Shown: positions 18,033 to 27,800 of the stretch, piece by piece
Layout of the letters: the number at the start of each line of letters is the position of its first letter
How positions within the stretch are numbered: the stretch's first letter is position 1
Sequence record: PV340851.1
Direction: 5' to 3' (one strand)
DNA: 64,000 nt
The notes under the pieces: generated by a model
Database searches by the model: none
What the model saw: only the letters and a program-made list of their open reading frames with translations
What the model was told of the DNA's origin: nothing
Program-made: the position numbers and the translations under genes

Positions 18033-18233
18033 ATGCACTACAAACCATATAGTCCAGAGTGGCACAGATACAGATATTTAAAAGAAGCTTTAGATAAGTA
18101 TATTGACGATTACGTCGATAATGACACTATTATGAAAGATATCCTAGGTATCGTCTGTGAGCGCCAAGAAAAAGCACACGCTGAATTCCATAGACTGGAA
18201 GACCTCGAACTCAAACTCGATTTTAGAGACTAA
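18033..18233 (+). CDS. Hypothetical protein
   Basis: 66-aa ORF downstream of two promoters, coupled to the next gene. Confidence 0.7.
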   Translation: MHYKPYSPEWHRYRYLKEALDKYIDDYVDNDTIMKDILGIVCERQEKAHAEFHRLEDLELKLDFRD

Positions 18234-18234
18234 C

Positions 18235-18549
18235 ATGTTATCTACCAAATACAGACTCAGGTTGGAGTTTATCTGTAAGAAGATCGCTAACAAAGAAGAA
18301 GTAAAACTGGAGGATATGATTTGGGCAGAGAAAATTGCTAAACAGTATACAACTGCCCGAGATTGGTTAAATCAAGCAAGACGCCATGCTGCCCAAGATA
18401 TTCAAGAAGGCACCATGGATGATTTTATGAATAGGATGGGTTTAGGTGATCCCGACCCATCCAACTATAAAACAGGTTTTGATGGTGCCGACGATATCAA
18501 TGATTGGTTCGGTAGAGACAAACCTGATGATTGGCGTCAAAGAGATTGA
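18235..18549 (+). CDS. Conserved cyanophage hypothetical protein (MLSTKYRLRLEFIC...GLGDPDPSN)
   Basis: Start refined to ATG 18235; familiar cyanophage core hypothetical. Confidence 0.75.
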   Translation: MLSTKYRLRLEFICKKIANKEEVKLEDMIWAEKIAKQYTTARDWLNQARRHAAQDIQEGTMDDFMNRMGLGDPDPSNYKTGFDGADDINDWFGRDKPDDWRQRD

Positions 18550-18677
18550 TGTATAATGTAAAATGTAGTAAGTGTGGTAAAAAAACACCTGCTAATAAGT
18601 GTCCTCAACTGTACACTACGCCCCTATGTAAACCATGCTGGTTAAATAATGGAAGAAAAAATCAAGATCACACCTGA
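18549..18677 (+). CDS. Small Cys-rich (Zn-ribbon-like) protein, 42 aa, absent from the ORF track
   Basis: MYNVKCSKCGKKTPANKCPQLYTTPLCKPCWLNNGRKNQDHT; ATG overlaps the previous TGA; two CxxC pairs. Confidence 0.55.
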   Translation: MYNVKCSKCGKKTPANKCPQLYTTPLCKPCWLNNGRKNQDHT

Positions 18678-18858
18678 GACATACGAAGAGATGAACAAGG
18701 AATTTGAGGAAGATGGCACTGCCTTCTCGATCAAAGTACCTACTCAAGAAGAAATTGATGAATGGAAATCACAACCATCACCTGCATACCAAACACCACC
18801 AGCAGTAGATATGGTGCAAGAGATGTGGGATGCTATTGGGGGACGACCTGATGGATGA
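18649..18858 (+). CDS. Hypothetical acidic protein
   Basis: ORF track; late core TTAAATA at 18642-18648. Confidence 0.65.
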   Translation: MEEKIKITPETYEEMNKEFEEDGTAFSIKVPTQEEIDEWKSQPSPAYQTPPAVDMVQEMWDAIGGRPDG

Positions 18859-19042
18859 TTTCAATCAACCTCAACAGAGAGCAGGAATTGATGATGATTT
18901 TAGAAAATTTGCTGTGAAAACACAACTAGATAATGTGTGTAAAATTTTAGGTGGTGAAGCAAAGCATTATATTTGTTCAGATAGATCAGTTACTCACAAA
19001 AGAATAGTCATCGACTACGATCATACACCCAAAGAAAAGTAA
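18851..19042 (+). CDS. Hypothetical protein
   Basis: ATG 18851 overlaps the upstream stop; its stop overlaps the glutaredoxin start. Confidence 0.65.
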   Translation: MDDFNQPQQRAGIDDDFRKFAVKTQLDNVCKILGGEAKHYICSDRSVTHKRIVIDYDHTPKEK

Positions 19043-19284
19043 TGAACGATACTGCAATCATCTATAGCAACGGAAGTCAAGAATGTGAGCGAGTCTTAGC
19101 ACTACTCAAATCCCTAGGTGGAAACTACCTTGAATATAGACTAGATGCACATTTTAGTCAAAGATCATTTGAAGACGAATTTGGACCAGAAGCAACATAT
19201 CCTCAAGTCGCAATTGGAGCAAGACATATAGGAAATCTTAAAGAAACGTTGCAACATTTTAAAAATAATAAAACGATTGTATAA
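19042..19284 (+). CDS. Glutaredoxin-like protein
   Basis: AIIYSNGSQECER, ATYPQVAIGARHIG (cis-Pro TxPQ motif); single Cys. Confidence 0.85.
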   Translation: MNDTAIIYSNGSQECERVLALLKSLGGNYLEYRLDAHFSQRSFEDEFGPEATYPQVAIGARHIGNLKETLQHFKNNKTIV

Positions 19285-19312
19285 TATCTAAATATTACAA
19301 TAAACCAAAGTC

Positions 19313-19585
19313 ATGGCAGAAGACTTCACTCTCTCGCAAAAATATGTATTTCTAGAGGGTCGTGTCGTGCGTATGTACTTTATCCAGACGATTCCATATA
19401 CTTTCGACGAACTACCTTTAATCATCCAAGATCACCCTCAGATTCAAACAGAAGCACTAGAGGGATACGATTACGACATGGAACAGTTGTATAAGTGGTC
19501 ATTGTATCTAATGGATGAAGAAATGCATCCACTAGCATTTGAGTTAAAGGTTGACAATCCAGCACTATTACCACAAGATGATTGA
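19313..19585 (+). CDS. Conserved cyanophage hypothetical protein
   Basis: YVFLEGRVVRMYFIQTIPYTFDE...YLMDEEMHP; late core CTAAATA at 19288-19294. Confidence 0.7.
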   Translation: MAEDFTLSQKYVFLEGRVVRMYFIQTIPYTFDELPLIIQDHPQIQTEALEGYDYDMEQLYKWSLYLMDEEMHPLAFELKVDNPALLPQDD

Positions 19586-20123
19586 CCAATTTTACGAATG
19601 GTTCGAGGGCAAATTTGATAACAAGATTCAAGCATTCTCATATCCATCAAAATTCGCATATATTGTAGTTCGTCACAAGATGGTAGGTGATGGTTTGTTT
19701 TATGGAGAACAGGCATACTTTAACACCCTAAATAGACCGTACCGACAATTCGTGATGAAAATCACGGAAGAGCAAGGTAAGATTATCATTCGTAACTACG
19801 AACCCAAAGATAAAAAGAAATTTCTAAGTTTTAGAAATATGGATCTTATATTCGCTCCTGAGGAGTTGACATATAAGAAAGGATGTGATACAATCTTTAA
19901 ATGGGTTGCTACGGCGGACCAATACATTGGTGAGATCGAACCAGGATGCGACTGTACTGTTATGTGGTCCAATAAGGAAACTTATCTTAAGAACGCTGCA
20001 GGATTGGGCAAAGACTGGTATCATGTGACTGATCAAGGTTTCGACAAGGAAACTCATAAACAGGTATGGGGCACTCGCAATGGACAATTCCAGTTCAAAC
20101 GATCAGATACAAAAGTTACCTGA
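19578..20123 (+). CDS. cpeT: CpeT/CpcT-like phycobilin lyase
   Basis: WFEGKFDNKIQA, FYGEQAY...RPYRQ, GCD, DQGFD...QVWG...GQFQFKR; start refined to ATG 19578. Confidence 0.88.
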   Translation: MIDQFYEWFEGKFDNKIQAFSYPSKFAYIVVRHKMVGDGLFYGEQAYFNTLNRPYRQFVMKITEEQGKIIIRNYEPKDKKKFLSFRNMDLIFAPEELTYKKGCDTIFKWVATADQYIGEIEPGCDCTVMWSNKETYLKNAAGLGKDWYHVTDQGFDKETHKQVWGTRNGQFQFKRSDTKVT

Positions 20124-20172
20124 ACCTCTGGGTCGTGTTGAACTGGACAGTTCCAAGTATGTTTTCGGTGGT

Positions 20173-20355
20173 ATGACACCACCAACTGCCGTTAACATCC
20201 TCAGACTTATTTCTGAGTTAGAAGGATCCTACCAACTTCTTAAGTACATGGCGTTTGAAGACGACATGAAAGCAATAGAAGAAATCAAAAAGAGATACTA
20301 TAAACTGTATTTCAAACTAAGCAAAGAAGAGCGCCAAACTAGCTCAGCTGGATAG
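20173..20355 (+). CDS. Conserved hypothetical protein; 3' end overlaps tRNA-Thr
   Basis: MTPPTAVNILRLISELEGSYQLLKYMAF...; the start could be as far upstream as 20080. Confidence 0.6.
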   Translation: MTPPTAVNILRLISELEGSYQLLKYMAFEDDMKAIEEIKKRYYKLYFKLSKEERQTSSAG

Positions 20356-20409
20356 AGCAACTGTTTTGTAAACAGTAGGTCAACGGTTCAAGTCCGTTGT
20401 TTGGCTCCA
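20333..20409 (+). tRNA. trnT: tRNA-Thr(UGU) with encoded CCA
   Basis: Acceptor GCCAAAC/GTTTGGC, D-arm TAGCTCAGCTGGATAGAGC, anticodon arm ACTGT-TTTGTAA-ACAGT, T-loop GGTTCAAGTCC. Confidence 0.95.
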
Positions 20410-20482
20410 GGGGGTTTAGCTCAGTTGGTAGAGCACCTGCTTTGCAAGCAGGCTGTCAGGAGTTCGAGTCTCCTAACCTCCA
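20410..20482 (+). tRNA. trnA: tRNA-Ala(UGC)
   Basis: GGGGGTT/AACCTCC acceptor with a G3:U70 pair, CCTGC-TTTGCAA-GCAGG anticodon arm, GTTCGAGTC T-loop. Confidence 0.96.
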
Positions 20483-20528
20483 TAGGGGAGTACAAAAGAT
20501 CTGCAAGTAGAAGCAGCGCCCCTACACC

Positions 20529-20609
20529 GCCCAAGTGGTGGAATGGTAGACACGCAAGTTTTAGGCACTTGTGTCGCAAGACGTGAAGGTTCGAGTCCTT
20601 TCTTGGGCA
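20529..20609 (+). tRNA. trnL: tRNA-Leu(UAG)
   Basis: GCCCAAG/CTTGGGC acceptor, CAAGT-TTTAGGC-ACTTG anticodon arm, long variable arm, GGTTCGAGTCC. Confidence 0.93.
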
Positions 20610-20613
20610 TATT

Positions 20614-21204
20614 ATGAAAAGACATACAAAGTACATCATCAGTTATGAAAATGCAATAAGTGACGGTCATGTTGATGACATCATGAAAGCATGTGATTCT
20701 ATTAGATACAAAAGAATACTAAAAGACGAAAAGAATTCTCGTAGAGACAATTACGCTCATTATTTTGGTTTATGGCGTACAGATCCATATGTAAAATACA
20801 TTGAGAATAATATTAGACGTTTGGGTCAAGAAGCATTAGAACAGTACATAGAAGATTGTCCTGACATTGAATTTAGTTTAATGCCAGATGTTGATCTCCT
20901 AGATAACTTTGTATATCGTTTTTATGAGACTGGCGGTCAATATAATTGGCATGTTGATAAATCGCACACAGACATTCAACTAAAGATCTCTATTTTGATC
21001 TTTCTTAATGATGATTTTGAAGGTGGTGAATTAGCATTTGTAAACGATAAAATTAAAATTAAACCAAAAAAAGGTACTATAATCTTTTTTCCATGCGGAC
21101 CATGGTTTCTACATTCTTCTACTCCTATTACTGAAGGTCAAAAACATGTCATTTGGAATTGTTACGGACAGAAATCTCCATCCCTTGATAAAAAATACTT
21201 CTGA
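20614..21204 (+). CDS. 2OG-Fe(II) oxygenase (prolyl-4-hydroxylase-like)
   Basis: YNWHVD (HxD), ILIFLNDDFEGGEL, KGTIIFFP...FLHSSTPITEGQK. Confidence 0.88.
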   Translation: MKRHTKYIISYENAISDGHVDDIMKACDSIRYKRILKDEKNSRRDNYAHYFGLWRTDPYVKYIENNIRRLGQEALEQYIEDCPDIEFSLMPDVDLLDNFVYRFYETGGQYNWHVDKSHTDIQLKISILIFLNDDFEGGELAFVNDKIKIKPKKGTIIFFPCGPWFLHSSTPITEGQKHVIWNCYGQKSPSLDKKYF

Positions 21205-21853
21205 TGTTATTCTGAAGCAGTGGAATAATCTCATTCCTGACGCTCAACCACTAGATGTTGGTGAAGAATTTTCTGAGATTGTGCGGGATGATGTAACAAT
21301 CAAGAATTACATATGGGAGTCAGAACGTTTTCGTAAGATTCACCTAGAGATTGCAGAAATGTCTATTGGACTAGACATTATGCATGCTAACATGTATCCT
21401 AGGTATGAATATGATATTCCTATTTTTGGTGCAGACATTGTTGCAAATCCAAAAGGAGTAGGTGCTGCTATTATTGACATTTCTCCCCTAGGACAGTCTT
21501 TGCCTAAGGAGTATAATATATTGCAGATGTTTTATACACCATTTGCCGAAAATAGACCAGTCCCTGAGTGGGGTGATGTATTTTCTAATTATTGTATTTT
21601 TTGTCGTCCAACTGTAGGTGAATATCACCAATTTGCTTCTATCACTGAATCTTACCTGTCTACACATATCAAATTGAGTGAATACAGACAACCTCTAGAA
21701 GAAAATATTCAAAAAAATTATAGACATCATCTTTACTACTGTACCCAGCAGCGTAAAAACGACAAAACTAGAAATATTCTGCATAAGTTGTTCGGTGAGG
21801 AATTCGGAGACAGATATCTCAACGAAATGCTATTCGATTGCCCACTGGTATAA
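21146..21853 (+). CDS. pcyA: Phycocyanobilin:ferredoxin oxidoreductase
   Basis: FRKIHLE, IMHANMYP, PIFGADIV (catalytic Glu/His/Asp equivalents), PEWGDVFS, QQRKNDKTRNIL. Confidence 0.88.
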   Translation: MSFGIVTDRNLHPLIKNTSDVILKQWNNLIPDAQPLDVGEEFSEIVRDDVTIKNYIWESERFRKIHLEIAEMSIGLDIMHANMYPRYEYDIPIFGADIVANPKGVGAAIIDISPLGQSLPKEYNILQMFYTPFAENRPVPEWGDVFSNYCIFCRPTVGEYHQFASITESYLSTHIKLSEYRQPLEENIQKNYRHHLYYCTQQRKNDKTRNILHKLFGEEFGDRYLNEMLFDCPLV

Positions 21854-21856
21854 ATA
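21849..21856 (+). promoter_or_regulatory. T4 late promoter for the tail-fibre operon
   Basis: Perfect TATAAATA 35 nt upstream of ATG 21891. Confidence 0.85.
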
Positions 21857-21890
21857 AACCTAGAGAAAACGACCGTAGGCTTGGGTAATT

Positions 21891-24800
21891 ATGCCTCTAA
21901 CTAGACTTGATAACCTGTATTCAAGTAAGACTGGTAAGTACCTTTACGTATCACCAGATGACTTCAATGCTACTGATGAGCTAGACAACAGGGGCAACAG
22001 TCCTCTACGTCCTTTTAAGACAATCCAGAGAGCGTTTATCGAAGTATCGCGCTATTCGTATCTCCCAGGATCGAATAACGATAGATTCGACCAGTTCAGC
22101 ATCATGCTGATGCCTGGTAACCACTATATTGACAACCGCCCTGGTCTTGTCACCGAAAATGTCGTTGAGGCACGATATTTCGATGCTGGTAACCTAGTTA
22201 CAGCAAACAAGCAAGAGATTGTTGACTATGCAGTCGCACAGGTTCCTGTAGAACACCCTGATTTCTATTACCCAGGAGATCCTCAAACAGGTGAATGGTC
22301 GCGATATAAAGATGCATATCGCATGATTCAACTGAATCGCGACGAGATTATTGATCGTGCGATTGCAGAAGTAACAGTTGATCACCCCGATTTCTATTTT
22401 CCTGGCGATCCTCAGTCCGATGATGGTTCTAGATATGCTGATGCATATCGTTTGATCCAGAAAAACAAGGATCTGATTGCACAGGATGCGTTCGACTTCA
22501 TGGACGCAAATAATGCACCTAGTGTCACTCCTCCTAACTACAGCACTTCTTGCAAGCGTGACATCGTTCGCATGATCGATGGTCTGTCTCTGGACGTTTT
22601 CCAGGGCGGTGGTAATGTCTACACTAGACGCTTTATCTCAACCTATTTCAACGATGCAGGTAACGATTGGATCGGTGAGAAGAAGTATTTCACACCTACA
22701 GATGCTGATTATAATCCAACAACTGGCGAAATCGTTGTAACCTTTAATCAGAATCATTCCCTATCTGTTGGTCAGAAGATCTATATCAAGGAAGGCGGTC
22801 TGTCCTTCACTTGTGATATGGACGACAATGATTCTGTTAAGTCCTATCCTCGTCGTGGAGAAGATCCATTTGCAGTAAAAGGTTTCACAGTTACTGGAAC
22901 TACTTCTAACACTATCACCTTTAATGCAGGTGTAGCAGGTGTTAACAAGACTTGGACACCTACTTTTGTTGACTATAACTCAACAACTGGCGACATGATC
23001 ATGACCTTAGGTCAGCATGGTCTTGCTGCTGGTAAGCATATTGTAATTGAAGACAATTCACTTACATTTACATGTGATCAGGATAGTTATAACACTCAGC
23101 ACACCTATCCACGTCCTGGTACTGATCCATATGCTGGCAAATCTATTGAGATTGTCAGTGTAAGTAAGTCGGATCACACTGCAATTGGTGCAAACTATAA
23201 TGCAGCAACTGGTTCTCTAGTTCTTGAAGTCACTAGTCACGGTTTCGCTAATGGTGATTACATCAAAGTTAGCAATGATGCACTGGGATTCACATGTGAT
23301 CTAGATGGCAATACTGCCACTAAGACATATCCTAGACAGGATTATGACTACCCCTCTGGTCGTTGGATGGAGATCAGCAATGTAACTGCTAACACATTTG
23401 AGATTAATGTTGGACCCTCGTCGTACACAGGAAATCACACCTTTGTTAGCTGTGTCGCTAATGGTATTCAGCGCCAAACTGGTAACGTTCTTGTTAATGT
23501 TGGTAATGCTGGTTCTGCGGTTGGTAGTATTCATAACTTCGTCTCTGCAACTGCTGGTGCTATCAAGTTTGAACCACTTGCTCCTCACACCTTCGTTAGT
23601 GCAGTAAATGATGCTATCGAGAGCGATACTGTAGGTCTTCGTGGTGAAGAATCTTCTTCCTTGACTGCTTTCTCTAAAGCAATCGAGTACATTAAGGCAG
23701 CAATTACTAATAACTACACCTCTACATCTGCTCCTGGTACTGAATATCAAGATCTAACAGTCACCCCTGATCCTCTCACTAGTAACAACCAAGATCCTAC
23801 ATCTTGTAGTGACGTACAGACATACATTCAGAACCTGTATTCGGCAATAGAAAGTGTCTTTAATGACACTGATCTTCTTACAAGAAGTGGTAATTTCCAA
23901 CTTAGTAACGCTCTACCAACAGAAACTTTCTCCGAAATTATTGGACCAGGAGAGACTAAGTGTAAGCGTGACGTTGGTCAATTCGTTGACTATATCGGTC
24001 TTGACGTTGCACAAGCAGGTGGTAATGTCTACACAAGAAAACTACTACAGAACTATTTTGACGCAACTGGTAACAACTGGGTCACAAATGGACTGCAAGG
24101 TGAAGTAAATGAGTCTCGTACTGTCTTCAATAAGGCAGTCGAACAGATGAATAAAGCAGTTACTAACCAACTGCATACCTATAAGGACACTACAATCACC
24201 CCAGGTGATGCTATCTACGGCAATAGCAACAACCCACAAGAAAATCTACTGTCTGGTAACCCTGCAGCATGTGCTGACGTTCAGACACTGATTACCAACC
24301 TTGGCGCTATTGTTGATACAATCATCAGTGATGAGAATCTACAGAACCTCCCAGAAGAAACTGTATCTGATATTCAGAATGCTGGCGAAGCAAAGTGTAA
24401 GCGCGATGCTAGTATTATTGTTGATTCTATCATCTCCGACCTTAAGTCTGATGGTAACGCTAACATTATTACTGCTGCCAAGGCATACTTTGATCGCTTT
24501 GGTGTACCTATCACCAATGGTTTGGTAGGCGAAACCAATGAGTCAATCACAGTCTTTAATGCTATTGCTACTCATGCCAAACTTGCTGTTTCTAACAGAC
24601 TTCTGGCAAAAGATCTGACTATCTCCTTTGGTCCTGCATATGCTAATGCAAATACCCCAGACATTGAGTACAATGGATCTGGTAACCCAGCAGTATGTCA
24701 AGATGTCCAGGCAACTATTGATACCCTAATCGGTATTCTAACTGATACGATCTCAGCAGGTAACCTAGACAACCTTGCTCAGATTAAGATCACTGGTGTT

Positions 24801-27800
24801 CTTCCTTCTTTCAACTATAACAGAGCACTAGAAGAGTGGCAGGATAACAGCATCCTAGACCTCAGCAATCCTGATAACGTTCTTCACAAGTTTAACGCTG
24901 AATCAGGTGGTGCTATCGTTCCTAGAGGTTGTTCACTAATCGGTTATGACCTCAGAAGAACAGTTATTCGTCCTCTATATGTTCCCGATCCTGCTGATAC
25001 TTCTCAACCAAGAACTTCTATCTTCAACCTAACTGGTGGTTGCTATCTGTGGCAGTTCACTATCAAGGATGGTGACCTCTCTGCACAATCTCCTCTGTAT
25101 GATGCATCTGCTGGTGTTGGTAAGGTATACTACCAGAAAGGTTCTACTTCTCTGGCAATTCCTGAGTATTCTCACCACAAAATCTGCATCATGGAGTATG
25201 CAGACAAGACAGATCTTGACAACTACTATGACAAGGTAGGTAAGGCATTCCAGCAGTTCCAACCAACTATTGATGATGGCGATCTAGAGACTCTGGTCCA
25301 AGAAAATAGAATTGTTGGTCCTCTGTCTGACTCCAGAACTATTGAGAGTATCAAGATTGATGACTTTGCTACATTTGAAGGTAGCATTAATGGCACTGTA
25401 ACTATCAGCAATGTTGCTAATGCCGATAAACTGAGAATTGGTTTTGAAGTTACTACTACCGATGGTAGTGTAGTTGTTCCTCCCAACACTCGCGTTACCA
25501 ACATTTCTGGTACAACTGTTACTGTATCTAACGCAATTAGTGGATCTGGTATCAAGTCCTTTAAGGGATCCTTCGGTTATGTTTGTGCGACTGTAACTAC
25601 TAAGATCGACCATGGTTATTTCGAGGGTCAGTATGTTGCTATCCTTAACTCTGGTCTAAATGATGAAGTTAACGGTACATTTAAGATTACTGAGATCGAT
25701 CAGGTTAATCCTAAGGTCTTTAAGTATGAAGTATACGGTCAAACCGCAGCATCTCTATCTCTAGTTTCTGGTCAGACATATTTGTCTGGTGAAGTCGGCG
25801 GAGTTTCTCCCAACGCGGTAGTTCTTGCGGAAATTGACTCTGTTGAGTCCGCATCTCCGTATGTTTTCAACTGCTCTATCCGCTCTACTTGGGGTCAGTG
25901 CGGTATGTGGGCAGATGGATCCAAGGCAACTGGATTCAAGTCAATGGTCGTGGCTCAATATACGGGCGTATCGTTGCAGAAAGACGATCGTGCATACATT
26001 CGCTACGATAGATTTACTAACACATGGAACCAAGCATCACTAACTGATGCATTTGCTACCGTTCCTTATCACACCAAGGGTGATGCATACTGGAAGGATG
26101 ATTGGAGAAACTTCCACATCCGTGCTTCCGATGACTCCTTCATCCAGTGCGTCTCGGTCTTTGCTGTTGGTTTCTTCGATCACTTCCTGATGGAGTCAGG
26201 TGGTGACATGTCCATTACCAACTCTAACTCCAACTTCGGTAATACATCACTTCACTCTATTGGTTACAAAGGTTTCTCATTCAACCAGGACAAGGGTGGA
26301 TACGTTACAGACATTATTCCACCTGGCACCATTACTGCAAGCGATGTAGAAATTAACCAGTGGTACACACTTGACGTTGATGCATCTAACTCTAGAACTA
26401 ACCACACCAAGGTATATCTTGCAGGCGATGCTATCAATGACCCTGAAAAGCGTCCTGCATCTTCTATCAATGGATACAGAATTGGTGCTAAGTCTGGTGA
26501 AGAACTGCTAGTTAATCTTGATCGTTATCCTTCTGAACCTACTGGTCCTGCTGAGTTCTCTGTAGAACTAGAACCAAGTGGATTCAAGACATGGAGCGTT
26601 GGTATTGAGACTCTAACTCCATCTTCTGCTAACGTTAACAACAGCGCACAGGATGCTGCTAACAGAATTGAAGATAACAAAGAGTTTATTCAATCTGAAG
26701 GTTATCAGTATATCATTAATAAGAATCCTGAACTGTTGACAAAAGCAGGCATTACTATTGGTAAGTGTGAAAGAGATATCGGATACTTTGTTGATGCTGT
26801 TGTCAGTGACTTGCGTCTGACAGGTAATATTCAAAGTATTCAGGCAGCAGAAGGATATTATATTGCAGGTGAACTAGCATATGTTGCAGGCGAACTAAAC
26901 GAAACTATTGATGCCCTTGATTATGTCAAGGACTTGATGATTGCCGCAATGCGTAACTTTGACTTTGTTGTTAGAGGTTGCGAAGTCAATCAGAATACAG
27001 CAATTGTCAATGTTCCTACAACACAGGGCATTGTAATTGGCATGACTGTCCAAGAATTCAGTTCTGCTGACTTTACTGGTTCGTCATTGAATGGTGGTGC
27101 AGTTCCAAACACAACTAACATTCCTATCAATACTGTTGTTAAGCGTATCATTAGCGATACTCAGATTGAACTAGGAACTAGCGGTTCATTCCTTAACTCA
27201 GGATTCGTTCAAAATGCACTAGGCGATTCCCCAAGCGCACTGCTATACTTCTCTATGGCTGGTGGTCAGTGGACTAACGTTACTCCTAGCGTTGATCTTA
27301 CAATCACCCCATACAATGAGGTTGATGGTAATGGTGATCCACTGCCTGAGTGTGTCGGTATTGCCACCCTGATCGAGGGTTACTTCGAGCAGGTCTTCCT
27401 GGTCCTCAACAACGGTTACACCGCTCTGGGAGGCACAGAGGTCGATGCATACAATGCTATCACCGACAATGCTCGCTTCATTGCTGCTGAGTCTGTCTAC
27501 AGAATTGCTAACGATGCAACATATTCAGGCACTAAGTTGGGTCAAGGTCTCCTAGCATCGACTGGTGAGACTATCGAAGATGCATGTGTAGATGACGTTG
27601 AGACCGTCCTGAAAGAACTTGCATGGGATATCAAGTTTGGTGGTAACAGCAGAACATGGGATGCTGCAAATCTGTATAAGACATCTGCATCTGTTATTGG
27701 TGAAGAAACAGAATCTATTGCTGTATTCAACATTGCAAGAGATCTGGCAATCGAGGCGATGCGTCAGCAGACGATTGCAATCCAAGGTACTCATGGTCTG

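Noticed and set aside
20401-20670. Short ORFs 20401-20586, 20421-20639 and 20473-20670
   Set aside because: They overlap clear tRNA genes and are incidental.
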